Part shown: piece by piece, positions 36,000 through 46,900 of the stretch | Numbering within the stretch: the first letter of the stretch is position 1 | How the letters are laid out: each line of letters begins with the position of its first letter | Source of the DNA: Eledone cirrhosa | Taxonomy: Eukaryota | Length of the DNA stretch: 64,000 nt | Assembly (NCBI GenBank): GCA_964016885.1 | Contig: CAXHJY010001261.1 | Coordinates: 1-64,000, forward strand | Direction: 5' to 3' | Position numbers and translations under genes: made by a program | The notes under the pieces: generated by a model | The model's input: the letters and a program-made list of their open reading frames with translations, nothing else | The model's database searches: none | What the model was told of the DNA's origin: nothing

Positions 36000-36161
36000 C
36001 ATGGGCCCAGCACTATGTGTCAATAATTGTCACAAGTGTAGTGTTTGCACCAGAGTTTTCAAGTCGTTGGCTAAAAAGTCACACTCGTTCAGCACATCGG
36101 TAGGGGTTCTCTACATGGATATAAAGTAGGGGCCGTACTCGAAAACGAGTTGGCAGCCACC
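36000..36161 (+). mobile_element. 3' end of the bipartite non-autonomous RTE element
   Basis: C2H2 remnant plus GGCCGTACTCGAAAACGAGTTGGCAGCCACC. Confidence 0.85.
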
Positions 36162-36811
36162 ATGTATGCATATATATACATACATATACATATATATATA
36201 TGTATGTATATATACATATATATACGTATGTATATATACATATATATACGTATGTATATATACATATATATACGTATGTATATATACATATATATACGTA
36301 TGTATATATACATATATATACGTATGTATATATACATATATATACGTATGTATATATACATATATATACGTATGTATATATACATATATATACGTATGTA
36401 TATATACATATATATACGTATGTATATATACATATATATACGTATGTATATATACATATATATACGTATGTATATATACATATATATACATATGTATATA
36501 TACATATATATACGTATGTATATATACATATATATACGTATGTATATATACATATATATACGTATGTATATATACATATATATACGTATGTATATATACA
36601 TATATATACATATGTATATATACATATATATACGTATGTATATATACATATATATACATATGTATATATACATATATATACATATGTATATATACATATA
36701 TATACGTATGTATATATACATATATATACATATGTATATATACATATATATACGTATGTATATATACATATATATACATATATACACACACACACATATA
36801 TATATATATAC

Positions 36812-36856
<45 letters not shown>

Positions 36857-36937
36857 CATATACACATATATATATATATACATATACACATATATATATA
36901 TATACATATACACATATATATATATATACATATACAC

Positions 36938-37010
<73 letters not shown>

Positions 37011-37060
37011 CATACATATATATATATGTACATATATATATATATATATACATATATATA
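36162..37060. repeat. TA-based array with the 24-bp unit TATATATACATATATATACGTATG
   Basis: CGTATG recurs every 24 nt from ~36225 to ~36760. Confidence 0.95.
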
Positions 37061-39585
37061 TGGAAATTCCTGAAAGCAAACCTGCTGATGGCGGCAGACA
37101 AAGTCTGTGGCTGGAGCAGGCCTGTAGGCAGGAGGAGAGTAACATGGTGGTGGAACAGTAAAGTGGAGGGGTAAATTAAGGCCAAAAGCAGGCTTGGAAA
37201 GTATGGCGGGATGGGGGAAGTAGAGAACACTATCAAGTGGCCAGGAGGGAAGCTAGGAGACAAGTGTACTTCGCAAGAAGGGAAGCAGAGGAAAGAAAGT
37301 TCAAGCATGTTCTACAACGCGAGGACCAAAAACGTGAGGTGTTCAGGATTGCTAGGCAATGTGTCAAAGAAAACCGTGATATTGTCGGGGAGAAGTGTGT
37401 ACTTAATGATGACGGCGTACTTGCCATCACCGACGCTGATAAGAAGGTAGCTTGGCAGTGTCACTACGAAAGGGTACTAAATGAGGAGAATAAATGGGAG
37501 AAAGACAGTCTCCCCCACATCGACCCAATAGAGGGACCAGCAGTGTTAGTCGAGGGTAGTATAATAAGTAAGGCAATCAAAGATATGAAGACAGGTAAGG
37601 TGGCTGGGCCTTCGGAAATAGTTGCTGAGATGCTGAAGGCATCTGGTACGGTGGGACACACCATGGTCACCCGGATAGTTAACCAAGTCGTACAGAATGG
37701 GGTTGTTCCGAAGGACTGGCGTAGCAGCATCATCGTTAACTGTTATAAGGGTAAAGGAGATGCCCTAGATAGGAGTAACTATAGAGGCATTAAATTAATC
37801 GACCAGGTCATGAAGGTCACGGAAAAAGTAATAGCGCAACTAATCAGAGAGAGAATTGATCTAGATGAAATGCAGTTCGGGTTTGTGTCAGGCAAAAGTA
37901 CCACAGACGCTCTTTTCATTGTACGACAACTACAGGAGAAGTACCTAGCTAAAAGTAAACCCCTATACTTAGCCTTTGTCGACTTGGAGAAAGCCTTCGA
38001 CAGAGTCCCCCGTTCCATTATCTGGTGGGCTCTTAGAAAACTAGGTGTTGACGAATGGCTTGTGAGAGCTATACAAGCCATGTATAAAGAAACAGTCAGC
38101 AAGGTTAGAATTAACAACGAATATAGTGAAGAGTTTAGCGTAAAAGTTGGCGTCCATCAGGGCTCTGTTCTCAGCCCACTACTATTTATTATTGCCCTTC
38201 AGGCTATAACAGAGGAGTTCAAGACCGGCTGCCCATGGGAACTCCTATACGCAGATGATCTAACACTCATAGCTGAATCAATGGCCGAGCTAGAGAAGAA
38301 ATTCCAAACATGGAAGCACAGCCTAGAATCAAAAGGCCTTAAAATTAACCTGGCTAAGACTAAAGTTCTAGTTTGTAAGAAAGAAAATAAGGCGGCGGTC
38401 CCTTCCGGGAAGTGGCCCTGCTCAGTGTGTAGGAAAGGCGTAGGTAGAAACTCCATTTTGTGTCCCAAATGCAAAGTATGGGTGCATAAAAGATGTAGTG
38501 GGATCACAGGTAAGCTAACTAAGAACATAGATTTTACATGTGGCCGGTGCTCTGGTGCAATAAGTAGCAGCAAGTGCCCACAAAATAGTAGCTCTTTCAA
38601 CTGCGCAGAGGGTTCTATAGAAATAGTGGACAGCTTCCGTTACCTGGGTGACAAAATCAGCAGTGGGGGAGGGTGCTCTGAAAGTACAGTAGCTAGAGTC
38701 AGAACTGGATACAAAAAGTTCAGAGAGCTTATACCACTATTAGCCGCTAAAGGGTTCTCCCTAAAAATGAAAGGCAGGCTGTATGATGCCTGCATACGAA
38801 CAGCAATGTTGCATGGCAGTGAGACCTGGGCATTGTGTGCAGAGGATATACGCAGACTAGAGAGGAACGAAGCTTGCATACTCCGTTGGATGTATAATAG
38901 TAATATACGTGAACGGCAAAGCATAAACAAACTAAGGAAAAAATTAGAAATAAGAGGGATCAGATGTTGTTTACTCGAGAGAAGGCTACGTTGGTATGGA
39001 CACGTGATGCGCATGAAAGACGATAGCTGTATAACAAAGTGCAGGGCAATAAAGATAGACGGTAGCCACGGAGTAGGCAGACCCAGAAGAACCTGGGACG
39101 AGCTGATAAATTCCGACCTCACACACTTACACCTCTCCAAGACAATGTCACTGGACCGAGACCTTTGGCGGTACTCAGTAATAGAGAAGACCCGCCTTAC
39201 CTAAATACAAAGTAAAACCTACTACAGTCAGTAGGCATCTCTAACAAAATACACCCCCGTCCCACCACCCTCACCCCATCCACACCGCCCCTTTCAATGT
39301 AAAGTTATGTTGGTGCCACAAAATCCAGGCCGAAACAAATGAGATCATGTAGGTGTCACGACAAAAAACACACAGTCCACGCTGTAAAGTGGCTGTGTAG
39401 GCAACACGGTAAAAACCTCCCAGCCCCACACTGTAAATGTGGTTGGTGCTAGGAAGGGCATCCAGCTGTAGAAAACCCGCCAGACAGTCCTATGCGAGCA
39501 AGATAATCACTCTTGCCTCAAGTGGGAAAACCCCCGTCCAAACCCATGCAAGCGTGGAACACGGACGTTAAACGTTGATGATGAT
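37061..39585 (+). mobile_element. 5'-truncated RTE-clade LINE with complete 3' UTR
   Basis: Begins at WKFLKANLL...TWWWN and ends in a (GAT)n tail. No APE domain retained. Confidence 0.92.
37237..39204 (+). CDS. RTE reverse transcriptase with PHD-like Cys/His finger (open 655 aa)
   Basis: [46 protein letters not shown]-x10-CPKC-x4-HKRC-x15-[15 protein letters not shown]. Confidence 0.9.
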   Translation: MARREARRQVYFARREAEERKFKHVLQREDQKREVFRIARQCVKENRDIVGEKCVLNDDGVLAITDADKKVAWQCHYERVLNEENKWEKDSLPHIDPIEGPAVLVEGSIISKAIKDMKTGKVAGPSEIVAEMLKASGTVGHTMVTRIVNQVVQNGVVPKDWRSSIIVNCYKGKGDALDRSNYRGIKLIDQVMKVTEKVIAQLIRERIDLDEMQFGFVSGKSTTDALFIVRQLQEKYLAKSKPLYLAFVDLEKAFDRVPRSIIWWALRKLGVDEWLVRAIQAMYKETVSKVRINNEYSEEFSVKVGVHQGSVLSPLLFIIALQAITEEFKTGCPWELLYADDLTLIAESMAELEKKFQTWKHSLESKGLKINLAKTKVLVCKKENKAAVPSGKWPCSVCRKGVGRNSILCPKCKVWVHKRCSGITGKLTKNIDFTCGRCSGAISSSKCPQNSSSFNCAEGSIEIVDSFRYLGDKISSGGGCSESTVARVRTGYKKFRELIPLLAAKGFSLKMKGRLYDACIRTAMLHGSETWALCAEDIRRLERNEACILRWMYNSNIRERQSINKLRKKLEIRGIRCCLLERRLRWYGHVMRMKDDSCITKCRAIKIDGSHGVGRPRRTWDELINSDLTHLHLSKTMSLDRDLWRYSVIEKTRLT

Positions 39586-39656
39586 ACATAGGAATGTAGT
39601 ATGCATATATATACATACATACATATGTATGTATGCATATATATACATACATGTAT

Positions 39657-40262
39657 GTCAGATCACCAGTTGGTGCTACTGGTAACATGTATCCCAGTAC
39701 AACCCGTCTCATGGTCGGGTCGTTGGCGACTAAACTGGCAACCCCACCAAGGTTTCTTGGTGAGGGGGGTGACTTTGGACATCCTGCAGGACTAAAAACA
39801 AAACCTGTCAAAGGGCAAAGGAGCTCTTAAGAGTCAATGGCCATCCAAAATCACCAGGAGAGATGACCCCTTAGCCTTTGTCAAGGCAGAATTCTAGGAG
39901 AAGGAAAACTCTGATATAACACCTGCAACCATGATGGTATCCAATGATGTTGACTTGTTCTTCTTTTTGGTAAATATCATCTTGGTTAAGAGAGTGGGAC
40001 TGGCTTTGTGCAGTGCCTTTGCTCACTATAAAAGCTTCACGGCACAGGCATTGCTTTATATCTGGAGATCTCTCTGCACTTGTCATCACATGGTACCATG
40101 CACCCAGCACTATGTGTCAATAATTGTCACAAGTGTAGTGTTTGTACCAAATTTTTCAAGTCGCTGTCTGGACTAAAAAGTCACTCGTTCAGCGCATCGG
40201 TAGGGGTTCTCCTACATGGATATAAAGTAGTGGCCGTACTCGAAAATGAGTTGGCAGCCACC
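39657..40262 (+). mobile_element. Bipartite non-autonomous RTE-derived element, full-length copy (606 bp)
   Basis: Reverse complement of 14258-14865, with the same 5' and 3' boundaries. Confidence 0.85.
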
Positions 40263-40302
40263 ATATACATACATATGTATGTATATATACATATATATAT
40301 CC

Positions 40303-40911
40303 TTACTCAGTAGGAGTAGATGAATGGCTTGTGAAAGCTGTACAAGCCATGTATAGGGGAGCAGTCAGCAAAGTTAGGATTAGCAATGAGTATAGCGAGG
40401 AATTTAGTGTACAGGTTGGGGTCCACCGGGGCTCTGTTCTTAGCCCTCTCCTGTTCATCATAGTCCTGCAGGCAATTACGGAGGAGTTTAAGACCGGATG
40501 CCCATGGGAACTCCTGTATGCTGATGACCTCGCACTTATAGCTGAATCTATGGTAGAACTAGAGAAGAAATTCCAAACTTGGAAGTAGGGACTAGAAGGA
40601 AAGGGTCTCAAAGTCAACATGACAAAGACTAAGGTCCTTGTAAGTAGACGAGAAAACAGAACCCAGATCCCCTCAGGGAAATGGCCTTGCTCAGTATGTA
40701 GGAAAGGTGTAGGTAGGAACTCCATTCTCTGCGCCAAATGCAAACAATGGGTACACAAGAGATGTAGCGGGATCTCAGGAAGCTTAATTAAGAATGTAGG
40801 CTTCACATGCAACAGCTGTACTGGGACAGCAAGCAGCAAACAGCCACAGGGAACAAGTACCACCATGGATATAAAGTAGTGGCCGTACTCGAAAACGAGT
40901 TGGCAGCCACC
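40303..40911 (+). mobile_element. Internal RT fragment of a sister RTE family, fused to the 48-bp 3' terminus of the non-autonomous element
   Basis: GVDEWLVKAVQAMY...YADD...[11 protein letters not shown] runs to 40863, then CATGGATATAAAGTAGTGGCCGTACTCGAAAACGAGTTGGCAGCCACC. Confidence 0.85.
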
Positions 40912-41033
40912 ATATATACATATATATGTATGTATGTATGTATGTGTGTATGTGTGTATGTATGTATGTATGTATGCATATATATACATATACATATATA
41001 TATATGTATATATATACATGTATATATATACAT

Positions 41034-42590
41034 AAATGAGAATAAATGGGAGAAAGACAGTCTCCCCCACATCGATCCAATAGAGGGACCAGCAGTGCTA
41101 GTTGAAGGTAGTATAATAAGTAAGACAATCAAAGATATGAAGACGGGTAAGGCGGCTGGGCCTTCGGAAATAGTTGCTGAAATGCTGAAAGCATCTGGAA
41201 CGGTGGGATGCACTATGGTCACCCGGATAGTAAACCAAGTCATACAGAATGGGGTCGTTCCGAAGGACTGGCGCATCATCATTAACTGCTACAAGGGTAA
41301 AGGAGATGCCCTAGATAGGGGTAACTATAGAGGCATTAAATTAATCGACCAGGTCATGAATATCACAGAAAAAGTTAATAACGCAACTAATTAGAGAGCG
41401 AATTGATCTAGATGAAATGCAGTTCGGGTTTGTGTCAGGTAAAAGTACCACAGACGCTCTTTTCGTTGTACGACAACTACAGGAGAAGTACCTAGCTAAA
41501 AGTAAACCCCTATGCTTAGCTTTTGTTGACTTGGAGAAAGCCTTTGACAGAGTCCCCCGCTCTATTATCTGGTGGGCTCTTAGAAAACTAGGCGTTGATG
41601 AATGGCTTGTGAGAGCTATACAAGCCATGTATAAAGAAACAGTCAGCAAAGTTAGAATTAACAACGAATATAGTGAAGAGTTTAGCGTAAAGGTTGGTGT
41701 TCATCAGGGCTCTGTCCTTAGCCCCCTCCTATTTATTATTGCCCTTGAGGCTATAACAGAGGAGTTCAAGACCAGCTGCCCATGGGAACTCCTATACGCA
41801 AATGATCTAACGCTCATAGCTGAATCAATGGCCGAACTAGAGAAGAAATTCCAAATATGGAAGCATGGCCTAGAATCAAAAGGCCTTAAAATTAACCTGT
41901 CGAAGACTAAAGTTTTAGTTTGTAGGAAGGAAAATAGGGCACCAATCCCATCTGGGAAATGGCCATGCTCAGTGTGTAGGAAAGGAGTAGGCAGAAACTC
42001 CATTTTATGTCCCAAATGCAAAGTATGGGTGCATAAAAGATGTAGTGGGATCACAGGTAAGCTAACTAAGAATATAGATTTTATATGTGGCTGGTGCTCT
42101 GGTGCAATAAGTAGCAGCAAGTGCCCACAGAATACTAGCTCATTCCATTGCACAGATGGTTCTATAGAAAGAGTGGACACCTTCCGTTACCTGGGTGACA
42201 AAATCAGCAGTGGTGGAGGGTGCTCCGAAAGTACAGTAGCTACAGTCAGAACGGGATGGAAAAAGTTCAGAGAGCTTATACCACTATTGGCCGCTAAAGG
42301 TTTCTCACTAAAAATGAAAGGTAGGCTGTATGATGCCTACATACGAACAGCAATGTTGCATGGCAGTGAGACCTGGGCATTGTGTGCAGAGGATATACGC
42401 AGACTGGAGAGGAACGAAGCTTGCATGCTCTGCTGGATGCGTAATAGTAATATACATGAACGGCAAAGCATAAACGAACTAAGCGAGAAATTAGGAATAA
42501 GAGGGATCAGATGCTGTTTACTCGAGAGAAGACTACGTTGGTACAGTCACGTGATGCACATGAAAGACGGCAGCTGTATAAAAAAGTGTA
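41034..42590 (+). pseudogene. RTE RT fragment truncated at both ends (frameshift near 41380, YADD changed to YAND)
   Basis: Collinear with 37479-39041. Runs into microsatellite with no 3' UTR. Confidence 0.88.
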
Positions 42591-42692
42591 TACATACATA
42601 TATATGTATACATACATACATATATATGTATACATACATACACATCTATACATATGTATACATACATATATATGTATACATACATATATATG

Positions 42693-42751
<59 letters not shown>

Positions 42752-42788
42752 GTATACATACATATATATGTATACATACATATATATG

Positions 42789-42819
<31 letters not shown>

Positions 42820-43408
42820 GTATACATACATATATATATATATGTATACATATATATATATATATGTATACATACATATATATATATATGTATACATACA
42901 TATATATATATATGTATACATACATATATATATGTATACATACATATATATATATATATGTATGTATACATATATATATGTATACATACATATATATATA
43001 TATATATATGTATGTATACATATATATGTATGTATACATATATATATATGTATCTATATATATATATGTATCTATATATATATATGTATCTATACATATA
43101 TATGTATGTATACATATGTATATGTATGTATACATATATATGTATGTATACATATATATGTATGTATACATATATATGTATGTATACATTTGTTGTTAAT
43201 TGTATTACGGCTCTGTCCTCTGACATTGAGCTAACCATATACTGCCTATTTGATAAGTGGAGTGTTACACACTCCCAATTCTCTCCCTTATATATTATAC
43301 ATACATATATATATATATATGTATACATACATATATATATATGTATACATACATATATATATATGTATATTTACATATATATATGTATATATACATATGT
43401 ATATATAC

Positions 43409-43455
<47 letters not shown>

Positions 43456-43517
43456 TATATATATGTATATATACATACATATATATATGTATATACATAT
43501 ATATATATATATATATA
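42591..43517. repeat. (TATG/TACA/TA)n arrays with a ~100-bp unique island (43189-43290)
   Basis: Read directly. Confidence 0.93.
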
Positions 43518-43654
43518 TGGCGTTGTTATTTGACGTTGTTGAAAAGAGCAGTGGCCTTTGACCCGGCAATAAAAACTGGAGACAAAATTCTTTCTGTAGC
43601 AAAAACAAGGCACACACACACAAGTTTGTGTGTACATATGTATGTGTGTGTGTA

Positions 43655-43705
<51 letters not shown>

Positions 43706-44099
43706 GATACAGATATTGTTTGCTCACTGTCACCAAGCATCTCAATTCATTTGTTACAAGTTTGTGATCGGGACACTTTATTTTTCCCTTGAGTTTGTGA
43801 TTCCAGAGAAAGGTAAGAAATTCTTCATATGAAATAATGAAATTATTGTGTACAGTGCTCAGGTGCACTACAACTCATCAAAGGTGCATGTATAGTACAT
43901 AGAATAATGTACAAATGTCAGGAAAATAAACAGTGTATGAGTCATGATATAATAACAATAACAATAATGAAATATTGTGCACAGTGCCCAGGTGCACCAC
44001 AACCCATCAAAAAAGTGCATGTACAGTACATAGGGCAATGCACAAACATCAGTAAAATGAACAGTGCACACATGTGTGCATGTGTATGGAAGGGGCACA

Positions 44100-46844
44100 T
44101 CAGGTGTAGTTTTGGCGTATTTCGGGAAGCATGAGTGTCTTAAAGGACGCAGTGTCTCGGCAGCTAACAATTGACGCAGGCAGTTTGTTCCATGTTTCAG
44201 CAACTCTGAGCGTGAAAAAATGTCTGCGAAAGTCATGGGAGCTGTGCTGTTTTCTTATCTTGTAGGCATGTCCACGTGTGTTAGATACATGGAGATCAAA
44301 GAGGCGCTCAGGGTTGCAGTTGGCGAGATGGTTAAAAACTTTGTGGGTATTCACCAAGTCCACTGCCAGACGTCGGAGCTTCAATGAATCCATGCCCAGG
44401 GAAGCAAGGCGTTCAGAGTATGGTAGGTGTCTGATGGAGGGTATGCGCTTGGTTGCACGTCTCTGAACAGTTTCCAGGAGGTCAATGTTCCGAGCAAGAT
44501 AGGGGTTCCAGACTGATGATGCGAATTCCAAGTGTGGTCGCACCATAGCTGTATACAGTTTTAAATAGATGGCTGGAGAGCGGCTAACAAAGGTCTTGCT
44601 GAGTGATGCCAAGACACCCTCGGCCTTCTTGACAATCTTAGAGACATGCTTTGTCCAACGCAAATCGTTGCTGACAGTAATGCCCAGGTCACGTTCACAA
44701 GAGGACTTTTTGATGTCAGTGTTGTGGAGGGAGTATGTGGACGCTGGATTTTTCCTTCCAAAATGCATGGTGGTACACTTGTCCACAGCCAGCTTCAGTT
44801 GCCAGTCTGTGATCCATTGCTGCATTGTGTCCAGGTCTGATTGTAGGAAAGAGTTGTAAATTTCAGGATCAGTCCTTTTGATTTCAAGGTACAGCTTGAT
44901 GTCATCTGCATATTTTAGTACCGTGGCATTCTGTAAGTTGGCATCTATGTCATTAATATATGCCACAAACAAAAGAGGACCAAGAACAGATCCCTGTGGT
45001 ACACCAGATGACATCTCATATGGTGAAGAATGCTGTCCTAGAACTGTGACTACTTCCTTTCGGCTGAGAATGAAGGATTTCAGCCAGTCGAAAAGATCAT
45101 CCCTCACACCCATTGCAGAGAGTTTTGCCATAAGTCTTTTGTGTGGCACAGAATTAAAAGCCTTAGCAAAGTCAAGGTAAACAACATCCACCCATGAGCC
45201 GCTGTCAGTGATCCGGGTGATGTCCTCAAGGAACTCGATAAGCTGATCACAGCAGCTGGAGTTAGGGATAAATCCAAACTGTGAGGGCCGGATGAGGCTG
45301 TGAGAGCTCCAGAAGTTCCAAAGTGTTTCTCTGACACAGGATTCCATCAGTTTGGCCATACAGCTAGTAAGACTGACTGGACGATAGTTGACAGGTGACA
45401 TGCGGTTGCCCTTTTTGAACAGGGGAATGACACTGGCAGTTTTCCACTGCTCTGGAGTAGCACCATTGCTGAGACAGTATTGAAAGAAAAAAGAAAGCTG
45501 GCGCAAAAGGAAATCCCCGCCACGTTTGAGAAGCAGGTATGTCACACCATCAAGACCAGGGGAGGCATAGTTGCGCTTATTCTTAAGGTGACGTCGCAAC
45601 ATTGCAGGTGTAAATTCCATAGTTGTTATGGAATTTGATGTTAGAGATGGTGGAGATGGTACATTCTGGTTTTCAACAGTAAAAATACTTGCATAGCACT
45701 CAGCAATGAGTTCTGCGCATTCCTTGGGATCGTCAGTGATCTGGCTTGTGTGGGGATTGCGAAGAGGACCAACTGGAGAGTGAGGTCTCTGCTTTGAATG
45801 AACATATTTCCAGAACACCTTACTGTCGGGATTGGTTGCGATGCACTGTTCAAATTCAAGCACTGCCTTCTTTGTCACTTGCTTGAGATGGTTAGAAGAT
45901 TTATTCCGCTTTTTTCTGTTGGCATCTGATCTATGCAGTTTATGTTCCCGTTCAGCGTTCCGACGTTCTTTCCTGGCAAGTCGGACTGCTGAAGTTTCCC
46001 AGATTGCACTTTTGGGGTGGTTATTTTTCCGCTTCCGTGGCACTGATGCTGCACACGCTATCCATATTGAGTCCAGGATGCTCTGGAGTATAGAGTTCAC
46101 ATCTCCAGAGTTATACATCTCATGCCAGTTTGGGCGCTGTAGCTCAGTGCAGTACAAGTTCCAATCTGCCCTCTTCCAATCAAAGCAAGCAGATTGGAGA
46201 TGGCTCTGGTTTTTGTTGCTGCCCTCAAGTGCCAGATTGGCAATGATCATAGCATGATCAGAGTCGCCTAGAGGTTCCTCAGTAGTACAACTGATAACCA
46301 CCTCAGGAGTAGTGGTGAAGATCAGGTCCAAAGTGTTGTCACCTCTTGTTGGAGAGGTGACTACTTGTGACCAGTTTGAGTCCAGCACTAGTTCAAGGAA
46401 ATCGTTTGCACCCTGTGGCCAACGAAAGGTTTCCCAATCGATCTCAGGATGATTGAAGTCACCTGCAATAAACACATAAGTGGCTGTTTTCTTGGCAGCA
46501 ACTCTGAGGATATCGCAAAGCTGTGTGTCCTGATGGTAGTTTGGGGGGCGATAAACAACACCAAGCAGAAGTGTTGACATGGTCATACGTATGTCACAGA
46601 AAAAAACTTCTTCCTGTGATTCGTTCAAATCAACGCAAGGAATTACCGAAAAGTTTGAACGAACACGGCGGTTAATGCGGTCCTTGCGGAAAAGGTTGTA
46701 CCCAGTAATGGTGAAAACCCCATCACAGAGTAAGGAATGTGCCCATGTTTCCGTGACTGTGATGAAGTCAGGGTCGATGCTTCTGACGTAGGATTCGAAC
46801 AGATGTATCTTGTTGCATAAACTGCGAGCATTTAAGGACAACAA
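44100..46844 (-). CDS. LINE ORF2: APE endonuclease plus reverse transcriptase (914 aa, no AUG start)
   Basis: LNARSL, VTETW, VYRPP, GDFN, LDLIFT, SDH (APE). NYRPVSLTS, YLDFAKAFNSV, GVPQGSVLGPLLF, YADD (RT). Confidence 0.95.
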   Translation of the reverse strand: MLSLNARSLCNKIHLFESYVRSIDPDFITVTETWAHSLLCDGVFTITGYNLFRKDRINRRVRSNFSVIPCVDLNESQEEVFFCDIRMTMSTLLLGVVYRPPNYHQDTQLCDILRVAAKKTATYVFIAGDFNHPEIDWETFRWPQGANDFLELVLDSNWSQVVTSPTRGDNTLDLIFTTTPEVVISCTTEEPLGDSDHAMIIANLALEGSNKNQSHLQSACFDWKRADWNLYCTELQRPNWHEMYNSGDVNSILQSILDSIWIACAASVPRKRKNNHPKSAIWETSAVRLARKERRNAEREHKLHRSDANRKKRNKSSNHLKQVTKKAVLEFEQCIATNPDSKVFWKYVHSKQRPHSPVGPLRNPHTSQITDDPKECAELIAECYASIFTVENQNVPSPPSLTSNSITTMEFTPAMLRRHLKNKRNYASPGLDGVTYLLLKRGGDFLLRQLSFFFQYCLSNGATPEQWKTASVIPLFKKGNRMSPVNYRPVSLTSCMAKLMESCVRETLWNFWSSHSLIRPSQFGFIPNSSCCDQLIEFLEDITRITDSGSWVDVVYLDFAKAFNSVPHKRLMAKLSAMGVRDDLFDWLKSFILSRKEVVTVLGQHSSPYEMSSGVPQGSVLGPLLFVAYINDIDANLQNATVLKYADDIKLYLEIKRTDPEIYNSFLQSDLDTMQQWITDWQLKLAVDKCTTMHFGRKNPASTYSLHNTDIKKSSCERDLGITVSNDLRWTKHVSKIVKKAEGVLASLSKTFVSRSPAIYLKLYTAMVRPHLEFASSVWNPYLARNIDLLETVQRRATKRIPSIRHLPYSERLASLGMDSLKLRRLAVDLVNTHKVFNHLANCNPERLFDLHVSNTRGHAYKIRKQHSSHDFRRHFFTLRVAETWNKLPASIVSCRDTASFKTLMLPEIRQNYT

Positions 46845-46900
46845 TTTGTACCCTGCTCGCAGTTTATGATGGTGTGTAGAGGGTGGCAGCTTGTTCTGAT

